A DNA stretch of 49,030 nucleotides, counting the filler, from Jimgerdemannia flammicorona (taxonomy: Eukaryota): assembly GCA_003990765.1 (NCBI GenBank). It is 2 parts of 2 records of this genome, joined end to end, with 100 filler letters (N's around TTAATTAATTAA, not from the genome) between each part and the next. Parts side by side here need not be neighbours in the genome. Positions count along the whole stretch, not along the records: positions 1 to 24,466 come from RBNJ01000970.1; 1 more part is not named here. One strand, 5' to 3'. Shown piece by piece: positions 1 through 14,318 of this stretch. The notes under the pieces are model-generated. The model was not told where the DNA came from and made no database searches. It was given only the letters and a program-made list of their open reading frames with translations. Within the stretch, counting starts at the first letter, position 1, and the number at the start of each line of letters is the position of its first letter. A program made the position numbers and the translations under genes.

Positions 1-76
<76 letters not shown>

Positions 77-229
77 CTAGAATAATAAAGTAATATATAA
101 TATATATATATATAAACTAGAACTACATATAACTCAGAATTATAACTAATATAAAATTCTATAACTAAGGAATTTTCTTAAATTGAAAAGTATTTCAAAA
201 TGTCTATATAATATATACCATATATTACC

Positions 230-3200
230 TACAGAATCTACTTATAGATGAAGAATATAACTAATATAGATGTAATTGTATAAGTAATGAGACTTTTAAG
301 AGCCTGAAAAATATCCAATTATTAACCACCAGACTTTGCCAAAATACTGGATATTGTTGAGCCAATTGTTGTACTATTTGCACTAGATATTGTTAGTGGG
401 CTTAAGCATAGTGTCATTTGTTTCAAGTATAGTAACAGGCTTCCTTAACTTTATAGAAGTATCTATTAGAGTACTTACAGACTTACATTCACTCATATTG
501 AAGTGTTTAAGGATAGCTTTAGTGTAGTTTCTTATAGGAGGTGTATAGTATATATATTTTTGTTATGTATGATAGATATCCTCAAAAGGAAGAATGCATC
601 ACGCATGTCAGTCATCTTGAATTATTAGCATAGGGCTTCTTTGACTCTATTAAGCCTATTCTTGCTGGTAATGATAATTATATCATCAACCTATATACTA
701 ATGAATACTATACTACCATTATCATAATGCTGGACATATATATAATTATCTACTTTGTAATACATGAATTTATTATCAAGGAGATATTTGTCAATCCTTT
801 TGTTCTATAGCTATATTACTTGCTTGATACTATATAGTCTCTTATACAATCTACATACAAGCTCACTATTTTTATATTCTTGTAGTTGATGGATGAATAG
901 TTCAATATCTATGTCACTATTTAGGAATACTATCTTTATATTCATTTGATGAATTTTAAGGGCATATATTATATTAATCATAAGGAGTATTCTAAGTAAA
1001 GTAAGCTTAAATATAGGTGAAAATGTCTCATTATAGTCTATGCTATAATCTTATAAATAACTCTTGGCAACATAATGAGCTTTATATCACTCTATATTGC
1101 CATTGACATTGTGTTTTATCCTATATACCCACTTGGATCCAATTGCTTGATAATTTGGAAGAAGAGGTACTAGACTATTTTTGATAAGTGAATCATATTC
1201 CTCATCTATTGCATATTGCTATTTTCTTTTGTCAGGATATTGCATAAACTTATTATATATACTTAGCTTACCAGAAAATATTATAATATATATATATTTA
1301 TACACTTTGGCATAGCTCATGTGGTCTTGACATTGCTACTATCTCGGACTTGCTGATATATCCCGATAACTTTCTAATTCTGAATAAGTTTCTCATCATA
1401 CATTAGAATACTTTTGTATTTGTTTACCTTTTGTAGAAGATTCTTTGTCATTGAATTCACCATCATTTTCAACTTTGATCTTAGTAATCCTTAGCTCAGG
1501 CAACTCTGGCTCAGGTATATATAGTAGTTGAAAATAGTTTAGATTAACTACTGGAGTTATTGAAGATGTTGGCAGTACTGATTATTATACTGGCTAGATA
1601 TAGATATAGAGGTCTTTATAGATATTTCCACATACATCTCTGAGCCCTTTTTATTGAATTGTATATTATATGAAATCACTACATATCTTATACATAGATC
1701 CCAGAGCTTATATGATTTCCTGCTATAGTTTAGAAGTATGTACTTGACTATCTTTGGCTTAAATTTGTACCTATTGATACTCTTGTTAAGAATGTATAAA
1801 TCATATCTGAATATATATAGATGCAATACATCAGGCTTGATTCCACTCCATAACTCTTCAGGAATATGATCAGCATCTTTAGAGTATTTGTTATTACTGA
1901 ACTTCTTGCTTAATGATCAAGATACATACTAGTTGTAGATGTATACTACTATGTTGATAGCTTTGGCTCAATAGAAATATCCTAGTCTAGCTACATTGAT
2001 CATTGTAAATATCATTTCTATATCTATATAGTTAAATTACTTGGCTATACCATTCTACTAAGATATATAAGAAGCTGTTATTTGATGACTTATGCTATAT
2101 TTTGTCAAGAATTATCTGAATATGTTGTAGATATATTCATGTCCATTATCTGATAGTATAGCATACATTCTACATTCTGTTTTGTTCTCAGCAATTACTT
2201 TGAATTCTTTGAATTTCTCTAAGACTTTACTCTTTACTGATAGGAAATATATATATGCCTTATATATATATATAATTATCATTAAATGTCAGAAAATATC
2301 TCTTACCAGAGTATGATGAAGTATATATCAGACTGCATATATTGGTATAGATGAGATCAAAGATCCCAAAGACACACTTCAATCATTCTTTGAATGGTTG
2401 CCAGAAAACTTTGTTTTCTATATATACTTGCAAAAGTTATCTTCTGAATATATATATGCTGGTAATCTACTCACCAAGTTACTTATTATTATATATTTGA
2501 GACTTATTTTACTGATATATCCTAAGCATTGATATCATATATTAGATATATCAGATATAGTTATTGTATAAGTAGAGGCTTTTATACTATTTGGAATCTC
2601 ATTGATTATATAAAGATTGTCATATTTTGAGACTATCATTAGCTCATATCATATAAATCATATACTATGGCATTCTTTAAATATATATAGATCTTCATAT
2701 TATTGCAAGTCATCATTTTGCCAATAGAGAAGAGAGTTTTTCCTATCTCTAGAGTATACAGTATGTCTACAAAACTAGTAGCAGGCTCAATAATATTGCT
2801 ATGGAGATGTATCCCTATATTTCTCTTTCCTTAAATATAGATGATATTGTTATCTCCTAACTTAAGAGATATAGGGTACTTGAAAGACTCATATATAGAG
2901 AACCATTCTCTGTATGATATCATGTATTGTGTAGCTTCAGAATCCATGAGCCAGACATTATTGTTATCAGCTATATTGGTAGTATATTCATCAGATGTAT
3001 AGCTAATATTATTATTACTTTTTATCAGGTGAAAAGTATTTTGCTATTAATTGAAATTTATAGATAATAGGTTGATAGATTTGGTGGTAGATCTCATGCT
3101 GGCAGAACTGACATTACTGGTAACTTGTATAAAAAATAGATTACTGCTTATCTCAGTTTCTGTGGTATTTGAATTACCACACTTCTCTTGATAGTTCGCA

Positions 3201-4352
3201 TGCCTATATTGCCAATGCTGGCTTCCACATTGTTGCTTATTTTCATCACTCTCTTTGTCATTTTCCCAGCTATAGTAATGGTATTTCCTATGTCCATACT
3301 TACCACAGTATTCACAGTACCCATCATACTTAGCTAATTAGCTGCTATTGTGTTAAGCTTGAGTTTAGGTTCATTGGCCTTGTTATTGACTGTACTTTTA
3401 ATTCTGCTATTAGTACTAGCTTTCACTACATTTGCTATAGGACTTGTAGAAGGTATTTTTGTCATCATCAGTACTGTTTCCTTGACACATTTCCTCGTTT
3501 GAGACTTGTTATATTGTGGGCATAATCCAAGAGTCTCCTGCTCTTATATATAGCTGCCACTATGACATTAAACATATCTGGAAGTCTTCTTGTAAGTGCT
3601 ATAACCTTGTCTTTATTCCCAATACAATCTACAGACATACTGAGAGAATTCACTAGATTCATCAGATCATCAACACAACTGTCATATTTGCAGATGCTGT
3701 CTTTAGACTTTATTTGAAGATTGAATAGCTGAGATTTCAAGTGGAACTAATTTAACATAGATGCTTGCATATAATGATTATATAGACTCTCTCATATCTA
3801 TATACAGTTGTTATATATATTATATACTTTATTTGCAAGTTCAATAATATAAATATGATTTTATATAATACTCAGTAATTAATTATAGTATCCTAATCTT
3901 GAATTAGCACTTGTGGCTTTATATACTCTACTAAGCTGCATTTGTCAAAGAGATTCATTATATAAAACACCCAAATAGTATAGTCTCTCCTATTGAAGAT
4001 CAGGATGGACCTCTTGGCTATATTTATACTAATAACTAGAACTGTGTTTATCATATTTATTGAGGTGGTTATACCTATAGTTGGTGAAATACTCATAATT
4101 GATATATCTCTTTCTATGCTTACATTGCTAGACTAATCATCAGATATATTTCTAGCATAGTGTATTTTAAAGAGATATATTTATTTGCTATAGCTATTTA
4201 GTGCTAGCAGGGCTCATAATCTTTATTATAATGAGATAGATATTTTATTGAAGTTTTATAGATTGTATATTTCATATTTTACTGATAAATGATGTAAATC
4301 TGATAGAATAGTATAAGATCACATTCTGATATATCAAGTTGCTATCTCAATA
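230..4352 (-). mobile_element. Decayed Ty1/copia LTR retrotransposon (5' LTR, gag, PR, IN, RT; 3' end lost)
   Basis: Manual minus-strand translation gives the copia domain order: gag knuckle YCEYCGKYGHRKYHY (~3275-3320), protease WLMDSEATQYM (~2920-2953), integrase YFLTFND..KSKVLEKFKEFK..SDNGHEY..NGIAK (~2030-2380), RT AIDEEYDSLIKN..IGSKWVYRIK..DYNETFSP (~1010-1215) and *VDD (682-693). Many in-frame stops. The left boundary is approximate. Confidence 0.93.
4224..4352 (-). repeat. 5' LTR (~130 bp) of copia copy 1, followed by PBS-like AGATTATGAGCCC (4210-4222)
   Basis: Its reverse complement aligns with 5450-5577. It is followed by a decayed form of the GGTTATGAGCCC motif typical of the 5' LTR junction of fungal copia elements. 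Confidence 0.8.
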
Positions 4353-5254
4353 CTTCTAATAAACTCTTATTATAACTCTTTAAATTCAAATTTCCATATT
4401 TATATATTTCTTCTCTAATACTAAAAATTAAATTAGATATATAAATAGAATCTTTAAATAGATATTTAGAAAATATATATCTTATAAATAAAATAATTTA
4501 GATTATTAGCTAATCTAAGTAAAATTTATATATATATAATAATAATATTTAATTATCTATTAGTCTTTTTCCTTATAAGCTACTTTATAATCAAAATTCT
4601 GAGATCTCTATAAGTCTAGTCTCTTTTTAGAAAAGTAGTTATATATGTATAAGTTTCAATTACTAAAACCTTTTCAATAGTATCAAACTAAATATACTAA
4701 TGAGAAATATATATAGTAATAATATCTGTATAATTAATAATTAAGTTTTTTTATTTATAAAAAATCTTAAGATTTAACTTATGTATATCAACTATCTATT
4801 AAGTAAGTTCAATCTTAAATTTATTTGAATCTTGAGATTATAAAACAACTCTCTGTATTTTTTTATTATCTCAAGTTTCTTAAAAATATATAAATTTATT
4901 TAGTCTTTTATACATATTATCTTAAGATCTTAAATTAGTTATTACTATATCTCAGTCAAATTTTCAAGTTTTCTGCTTTTGTAATTATTAAAGATCATAT
5001 TAAGTAAAATATTGAAATTTTAACAAATAAATCTACTACTATTAATTATAATATCTTAATAAGTAAATAAACTATTCTAAATATAATATTACTTAGATAT
5101 TTCTAATATTCAAAAATCTAGAATATCTTATTTAAGAATTTAAGTAAAACTATATCTCTAATATTAATCTATTAGCTTAATATACTTTTAGATATAGTGT
5201 GATAGTTAATCTAAATTAAGAATAATAATCAGAAGATAGACATTTTATCATAGT

Positions 5255-5449
5255 ACCTAAATCTGATTTCTGATATAGTATAGTATTATAGTTAAACAGT
5301 CACTCAATCTCTCAGTTATATGAATTTTATAGATATACTGATCTTTTAACTATACAAAATAACTTATAGAAAAAGAAGTCTTAACTTAGCCTCTATAGAG
5401 CTAGCAAACTTGTATATATCTAGAGTAAATAAATTTTAAATTGAAATAG
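5255..5449 (+). repeat. LTR-like repeat fragment, homologous to 16415-16675
   Basis: Shared blocks tatagtatagtattatagtt..actcaatctctca, taactatacaaaataactta.agaaaaagaagtctt.acttag and gctagcaaactt..aaataaat. It is cut exactly where copia copy 2 begins. Confidence 0.7.
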
Positions 5450-7688
5450 TATTGGGATGGCAACTTGATATATCAACACATAACTTGCACTATTTCATCA
5501 GATTTATATAATTCATCAGTAATATATAAAATATGTGATCTATATAACTTTAATAAAGTATCTCTCTTTTATAATAAAGATTATGAGCTCTGCTAGTACT
5601 AAGTGGTAATAGTAATAAATACAACTCTTTAAAATACACTATACTAGAAATATCTGACAAACAGCCTAGCAATATATGTGCAAAAATAAATATACCAATC
5701 ACAAGTATTTCTACAGATATAACTATAATAACAACTACAACAGATATGGAAAATATAGTCTCAGTTATAAGTGTAAATATAGTCAAGAAGTCTATCATGA
5801 TCTTTGATGGGAAAAATTATATAATCTGGATATTTCATATGATGAATCCTCTTAATAAATGTGACTTGGTGGAGTATATGAAGCTACAAGTACTGATTCA
5901 ATATTATGATAGTATAAATAACTATCAAGTATTATACAAGATCATATTCATATTATCCAACTCCCAAATAAAGCTTATAATATATATAGTAACCACTTAT
6001 GAGACCTGAGAGACTCTATATAATCATCATATACAAATATCTATATTGAATTAATTCCACCTGAAATCTCAGCTATTCAATCTATGAATAAAGCCAAAAG
6101 AAACTATCTGTAAATATGCCAGTTATGTTGATAATCTAGTGAATTAGGTGAATTCTCTAATCATATTAGCACAATATATAAGTGATAAAGACAAGGTCTT
6201 GACTCTTATAAGAAACCTTCTGGAAATATATCACATCATAGTGGTAGCTATACAAGAGAGCAGTAAACTTATAAATTATATCTATATGATAATGAGCCTT
6301 ATGAATGAAAAAATGTATCAAGGAAATGATACTACTGATGATGATAAAAACACATTCTACAGATTATACAGACATGGTTTCAAATAAGATCAAAAGCACA
6401 GATGATAAGAACAATAAACCCAAATCCAAAATCAATATAATGGCAGTTAATCAACAAAGTATAATGATTACTGTGAATATTGCAGCAAGTATGAATACAG
6501 GAAGTGTAACTGTAATCACTGAGAAAATGAAAAAAGAGTAGTAAAAATAATCATAAAAGTCAGTATTGATAACATAGAGGTGGTAGAAAGAGTTATTATG
6601 ATAAAGGAAAATGTGACAATGCTAATACTACTGAAACTGACGAAAGCAGTGGTATGTATGTTCATGCAAGCAATATATGTAGATCATAGTTTTACTGCCA
6701 AATCCACCAAATCCACCAAATCCACCAATTTATCATCTATATCTATGAATTCTGATCAATAGCAAAATACTTTTCACTTGATGAAAAGTGGCAATAATAT
6801 CAGTACCACCAGTAGCAAAATTTCCAATAGATTCTGAAGCTATATAACATATATATAATGCTATACAGGGAATAGCTCTCTATATATGAACCTTTCAAGC
6901 ACTCTATACCTATTAAATTAGGTGACAACAATATCATTTATGCTCAAGAAAAGAGAAATATAGAAATCTATCTAAGGCAATGTTATTGAACCTACTAATA
7001 TCTTTCTAGATATATTATATACTCTAGAAATCAGCAAAACCCTCTTTTCAATAGGAAAATAATATCCTACAGCAATAAAGATATATATATATAGGTAAAG
7101 GGCATAATAATATATAATTTACATAATAATGAGCTAATGCTGACCTCAAAATATAGTAATCTTTATATAATCAATAGGACACCAAATAGTATGAAAGCCT
7201 CTGAACATATGCCAATTATATCTGATATATCCAATATATGATATCAATGTTTAGAACATATCAGCAGAATAAGCCTTAAATATATGATAAAGAGTAAATC
7301 TATCAGTAGATTACTACTAAATATATACCCTAGAGATAATTTCTTCTGTAAAGATTATATGGTAAATAAAGAATCCTAGTAATAATTTAAAGAATAGTTA
7401 AAGTGTGTATCTGGGATCCTTGACCTTATATATATAGATATTTATGGGTCAATATATATGCCATCATACTCTGAAAAGAAATATTTCATCATATTTATTA
7501 ATAATTATATATATATATAAGATATATATATACTTTCTATTAGTGAAGAGCAAAATACTGAAGAAATTCAAAAAATTCAAAGCAATTACTGAGAATGAAA
7601 TAGAATATAAAATATGCTCTATATGGTTAGATAATAAATGTGAATATATCAATGACACATTTAAACAATTTCTGAAAAAATATAAATG
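5450..7688 (+). mobile_element. Decayed Ty1/copia copy 2 (same family as copy 1): LTR, gag, PR, N-half of integrase, then truncated
   Basis: LTR 5450-5577 and AGATTATGAGCTC (5578-5590); gag IFDGKNYIIW; knuckle YCEYCSKYEYRKCNC (~6470-6512); protease IDSEA (~6828-6842); integrase KSKILKKFKKFKAITENE..WLDNKCEY..FKQFLKKY ending at ~7688. Confidence 0.92.
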
Positions 7689-10600
7689 AGATGTCTTCAA
7701 AGAAAATAAGGTTAGTGAGCATTTCTATAAGTGTTCATATATATCAATTAGCAGGATGTTATTATCAATAATGATGATATCATATTCAGTAGCAGTGACA
7801 AGGAGATCAGGAGCTCTCCAATCTATGATATTTTCCTCTACAAAGTAGGAGATAAAGGTGAAATCTTGAGGGGGTCTGATCTGGATACTGAGGCCTTAGA
7901 ATACTGAGATTAATCCTTATAGGAATTGATCTGGATTGTCCTGGAGGATGGAATTCTAGAACTCTTCTACCTTATTAATTTTGAGAGTAAAGGTGGATTG
8001 GGCTTCTGTGGCCACCATAGCTTCTAGTGCATCCATACAATAGGCTGATAATTTCTTTAAATCTGAGACTCTGGTATAATCCAAGTTGGGAATTGACCAA
8101 GATACATATCTGAAGATCAGATGGATCTTTTTGGCTATCCTCAATTTATATATATTCATAGAGGTATTATCTTATATCTCTTGGAGGCTGGCCTGAGAGA
8201 ATTTCTGGTAGAGAGGGTTTCCTATTTCATTTTTCTACCATATCAAGAGACATTTGGTAGCAGTAGTGATCCTTGTCTCCATTTCATAGTGGTAGAGAGT
8301 AAAGTGGTAAGAGTTACTATTATCTAGATTAAGGCTAGGAATTCTTCTGATACCAGTCCTCATGACTCTCCTGATGTCTTAGAATATCCTTTCTTGAACT
8401 GAGAGGTCTTGGTAGTTCCTATACCTTGAGGGTTGGTGAGTGGTAGACTTTTTGTTTATAGTGAGTCTTTAGAACTATTTTTGTGAGTCTTGTTTGAGTT
8501 ACTATTGCTGCAGTTTCTTAGTTCTTCTTTTATATTTCTTGAGATATCTATCTTATAGTCATTATGACTTATGGTTTGTCATCATTGCTCATCTTGTAGC
8601 CTGGTTGAGTTATGCCATATGATCTTCTTGTACTTCAATCTGATGTCTTATAAGGAAAGGCTATCTCTTGTAATGATGTCACTATTCTGAGAACACTATT
8701 ATATCTTTCTTCTAAATAAGGATCTTCTCTTGAACATTCTTATTCATTGATCCAGACTGAAAAATTTTCTGATCCTATAACCTCTGGCAGGGGGTTGAAA
8801 AGTGGTGTTTATGGGCTGGCAACTTCTTTATATATTTTGATATAATAGTGAAGGATAGCTCCCTTCATATAGAGCAAGGGTCTGATTCTGATCTTGACCA
8901 ATCAGTTGACTGTTCAGACTCTTCTGGCTTTGAAAGTATCATGGATGAGTAGTTGCTAGTGCCATATCTCTTAGAGAATAGTCCAGACAGATTGTCTGCC
9001 AGTCATAGGATATACTGTTATAATTTACAGACTAGAACCTTGTAGGCAGTCATTATGTTTTACTTCTCTTATATAGGTTCATGGTACTTCTTGAGTCTGT
9101 TCTTATATACCATAGTAGGCAGTATAGTTTCTGAGAGTTTTCTAAGTTAGAAGGTAGTTCTCTTGATATCTTGTACATAGAATAGTCCTTTCTATTTGGG
9201 CTCCAGTTTTCATACCTATGAGGCTTCTACTATATTTCGATATAATAGAACCTTTTCTCTGATTTGAATGAGTTCTAGGGTCTTGTGATTCTTTTTCACA
9301 TTCTTTCTTATTAGTGATTATGACTTGATGATGTAATCTTCTGTCTTCTTTCTAATTTGGTGTAGTCTCTGGATTTCTGAGTCAATCTGTTACCAAGTTA
9401 GGTCTAGATTCATAGCTGAGATTCCATCAGAATCATCTTCTCTGAAGAGTAGTTCTTTTGGAGTAAAGTGTATACTCTGTAACCATATGTCTCATAGAAC
9501 AGAGAGAACAGTTGAGAGATAGTTATCCCAATTCTCATATGTATCTGAGATCTTAGTCAGGATATTCTTAAGAGTCTTATTTGTTCTTTCTATCTGTCTA
9601 TTTTCTTGAGAGTGATATATAGTAGTCTTGATATGCTGAATCTTATATTTCTGATATATTATCTTATGGAATCTGTTGACAAATTCTGTACTATAGTTGG
9701 TGGTGATTTGTCTTGATGTCTTATAGTGGCAGATAATTTCTCAATACAGGAAGCTATAATAGAGAGAGGATTGACTTCTTGTACATAATACTCCTGCTTC
9801 TCTATTTGATAAAGAGATCTATAATAACTATAATGTAGTGGTTTCCTGATAGGGTTACTGATAGAGGTCCAATGATATCCATTGCAATATGGTAGAAGGA
9901 GATAGGTTTAATTCTTGATAACCTAGATATCTGATCTTACTGATCTTATTTCTGTTTTTGATACTTGTTATACTCTTTGACAAATTGGTACAGGTCTTCT
10001 TCCATCTTAGGCCATTATATAGCTCTTCTTGTCTTGGCATATATATTGGTTCCTTCTAAGTATTCTTGTTCATATACTTCCTTCATCATTACTTTATACT
10101 TCTCATAATTGGGTATAATGAGCTTTCCTCCTTTTCTGAGTATGGTGTTGTCTAGTTTGAATTGTTTCTAAGTCTGGTGGATGATAGTGATAGTCCAGAG
10201 TTTGGGGTGGTTGGGTATCTTTCACTGCCTAAGATAGCTAATTAATCTATAGTATAGCTCTATATTTATATTAAATAGTCTTGATGGAGGTGTTTTGAGA
10301 TATCCTTGAAAGTACATCAGCATTGGTATTGGTTCTTCCTGAGCAGTGTTTGAAAGTACAGTTATACTCTTGCAGTCTGTAGATTCATCTAGTATATATT
10401 TCTTTGGGATTTAGAGTGTGGAATAGCCAGATGAGAGCAAAATGATCTGTTTGAATAGTGAAGTATTTTTCAGCTAGATAGTAGTGGAACTTATCTACTG
10501 CCCAGACTACTGCTAAGCATTCAAGCTTGTATGACTTATAGTTCTGTTCTACTTCATAGGTATCTTAGCTTACATAGAAGATGACATAGTTATGTCCATC

Positions 10601-11669
10601 TTTCTTCTGAGCTAGTACTACTCTAAGTTCTATAGTACTTGTATCTGTCTATATGATGAACTCTAGGTTCCAATCTGGTCTTCTGAGAATGGGTGCTTGG
10701 GTCAACTTGGTCTTGAGTTCATTAAAGATTTCTTAATGTTCTTTAGTCTATTTGAACTTAATCTTCTTCTTCAGTAGCTCATAGATAGGTGCTGTAATAT
10801 TGGAGTATCTTTTGATAAATCTTCTATAGTAGAAGGCCAGTCTAAGGAAGGCATAGACTTCTATAGTTGTTCTGGATCTTGGGTAGGCTATAATAGCCTC
10901 AATCATTATGAGATCTGTATGAATTCCTGATATATCCTAGATAGACAATTTCTTAAGATGTAAACTTACACTTCTTGGGCTTAATATATCATCAATATAG
11001 ATAAAGGGTTATTTTTCAACTTCATTGCTGAAGACTCTATTCATTATTTACTAAAAACTTGCTGGAGTATTACATATTCCAAATAGTATTTATAAGTAGA
11101 CATAGGTGGTGTCAGGTATGATGAAGGCTGATTTAACACTAGTATCTTGAGTGAGACAAATCTGATAGAAGCCTGAGAATAGATCTAAAGTAGTATAGTA
11201 TTTGACTTAGGTAAAGATTTCTTGAATATTTGATAAGAGCTATCTATCCTTCTTAGTGATTGTATTGAGCTTTCTGTAATCAATCCAGAGTCTTAGAGTA
11301 AACTCTCCAGACTTGCTTCTTTTCTTTGGGTAAGAACAATGGGTAAAATCTAGGACTGTTGCTTAATAATACTAGCTTCTTTTATTTCTTTAAGTTCTGC
11401 TTGCAGTCATTCTCTGTAGATAGGTGGTATGGGTCTGGCATTCTGGTAGATGGGCTTAGTATCACTAGTGTCAACTTTATGATAATACTTGGGTTTTTAG
11501 TTTTGGATATCTCTGAAGTCTGTAGTAAGTACTCCTTTATTCTAGTGTAGAATCTTGAGAAGTTGTTCTTTTAGGAAAAAGTTTTCTCTAATGATATATA
11601 TGTACTTATTCTGGTCCTTGTCTTTCTTATACTTGAGTTTGGTAATCTTAGTAGTAGTATAAGCTCCTC

Positions 11670-12085
11670 TTCCAGTAGATCCAAAGTCTTGTTTTCCTCT
11701 CTTAGTCTTAATGAGTTCAATGACTTCAGTGATCTTAGGCTTCTTAAGTTTATGGATCAGCATCTGGCCAATCCTGTCATACTTCTTGACTTTGAATAAA
11801 GTGGTGGGGTTGTGATTCCAGACTATAAGGAAGATCTCACAGTGTAATTAGGGTCAATAACTCCTCCTTCAACTGAGATTTCACTCTTGGCCAGACTGCT
11901 CCTGGTCTTGATAATTCCAGTATGGTTTTCTAGTAACTTGACTAAAATTTCAGTTCCAAGTAGAGTGGTGGTCTGTAGTTCAAGGATAACATCTTAGATA
12001 CTGGTAAGGTCTACATATTTCTATAACTCCTATAGTCTTATATCCTGGAATCTTAACTTTGGAGTGAAACTTCTTAATCTTGAAA
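11670..12085 (-). pseudogene. dUTPase domain of the old gypsy element
   Basis: Trimeric dUTPase motifs are readable despite frameshifts: DLTS, KTRSSLAK, GGVIDPNYT, DRIGQML, RGKQDFGSTG. Confidence 0.9.
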
Positions 12086-14318
12086 ATAATGTCTGGTTCT
12101 TATTCCTCCTCATCATCACTATCAGCTTGAAGCTCTGGGGGCTGGTCCTCTTCTTTGGCTTTCTTTTTGCTTCAGCTACTTCTTACTTATATTTTTGTTG
12201 ATGGATTTTTCTAACTTCACTGGTATAGGATCAGCAGTTATTTAGGTGTTTGGAGCAGTATATTCTAGCACCATAGAGGCATCTTCCTTGAGGGGCATAG
12301 CCATTGATGATCTTGTTGTATCACTGCTTATCTGTGAGCTTGGTTATTTGCTCTTGTTCTTATACATCAATTGCATGAAGACTTCTGTATCCTCTTCATC
12401 TCCTTCTTTTATATATAGTAGTACTCCCTTTTTTTTTTTTTTAATGGATCTAGTAGTACTCCTTTGTAGATATTGATAGAGACTCATACCTTTCTTCCTC
12501 TATAGTTGATCTGTATCTTCTGGACATTGAGGTCAATGATAGCTTTGGTCTTGTAAAGCCATTAGTTATCAATGAGGATATCATAGTTAGTAGTACTTAT
12601 AATGATCACATCTACTGAGATAGTAGCTCCTTTGATCTTAATGGAGACTTCTCAGATCTTGCCTAAGAGGGTAGCTCATATACCATCTACTGTGACATAG
12701 ACCATTTTGGTGAATTCTTCAATATTTTAGCCTAGGCAGTCAATTGTCTTCTTGCTTATAAGATATCCTCCAGCACTGGTATCAATAATAGTATCAAAGA
12801 TATAATCTACAATCTGACATTGGGTATAGACTGAGGTCTTGTACTGATCTTCAGATTCTTTACCTAAGTCTTCTTGTTCATCTTCTTATTCATTGTGAGC
12901 TTTTATGATCTTGTACTCTTGGTTCTTAACAGTGATTACAAGTTCTGCTCTCAACTGCTGTCTATAGGTGGGGACTTCTGCTAGTTGTTCAAAAGTAATA
13001 TTGACCTTGAGGTTCTTATAGATACATATCATACTAATGGATCTTGGTCTTGTGCAGCTTCTGTTCTTTCTTGCTTTCACCTGCTCCTAGAGTAGTGCCT
13101 TTAATAATTTGGCAGACAGCTTCATCTTACTCTATATCTTGATCAATCTCCTCAGATTGGGTCTTACTTTGAATGGTGATGATTGGGGTCTTTTTTGATC
13201 TTCCAACTAACTTGCTATTGCTCTTCTTATCATAGAGCTTGGACTGGATTTAGGTATCTTAGTAACAGGATAGAATTTGGACTCCTCATAGTATTCTTCA
13301 TCATCAGTATCACTAATCTCCTTAATGACTACTGTATTGGTTTATTCTCTAGTTCTGGTAGCATTACTTAGTTGAGCTCTATATATTGTTTCAGTCATGC
13401 AATTATTTGTATAGTGGCCTTCTTCTTCACATTTAAAGTATATGATAGTATATTCTTCTATAGTAGCTGCAAACCTCTGTACTGGTCTCCTGTTGGTACT
13501 TTGTACTTCTCTAATAATATTACCAAGATTTGTAGACATCTTGGCAAACTACTGGGTGAGTTCCTCTACTGGGTCAGCTTTGGCCATCTTTAGGGTAGAT
13601 AGAGATAATTATTTGTTGAGAGCTATAATAGGTATGATACTGGTTGACTTTATTGACTTTGTCTTGATACTGGTTATTCTTTTTATTGAGTGTTCAGTGG
13701 GGGGTCTAGCAGTTCAATATCTCTGTGCAAAGATCACTTTTTGGTCAAGGGTCAGAGTAGCTGAGATCAACTGGATTGTTAGAGTGATTTCATAGTGAAC
13801 TCCTTTTAGAAAGATTGAATTAGCTATCTGTTCCTTAAGGGTATCATAGCCAGCCAAGACAATCTGGTAGCAGATTGAGTATAGAATGAGTTAGGGTCTT
13901 CATTGAGTCTTTGGCAGATAGTGTTGAGTAGATCTTTGAGAGCTTACTTAATCTTTTCAGTATAGTATATAGTTCTGGGGAAGTTCTTCATATTGGTAAG
14001 TTGGCTATACTATTGTTGGCAATAGTGGCTATATTGAACTTATCTCTAGCAAGTCCTCTGAGGCTGATAGATAGAAGGGCCAATTGTGCTTCAATGTTGA
14101 GAGCTCATATAGCAGCAAATTGTTCAAAGTCTTCAATGAAGGTCAAGATTAACTCTTCAGTAGTAAATCTATAGAATGTAGGGGAAAGTATTTATATCTT
14201 ATCTTGAATTCTTACAGAGGGTGACTATTGTAGTCAGGGTAGTTATTGTAGTGGTTGTTCATTGTTCAGCTTGAAAGTGAGAGATTCTAATAATATTACC
14301 AGTCAATAGGCACCAAGT

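Noticed and set aside
1..70. Terminal A70 run (and T run at 48990-49030) as telomeres or terminal inverted repeats
   Set aside because: Homopolymers at sequence ends are most simply assembly break points; there is no telomeric unit or TIR beyond them.
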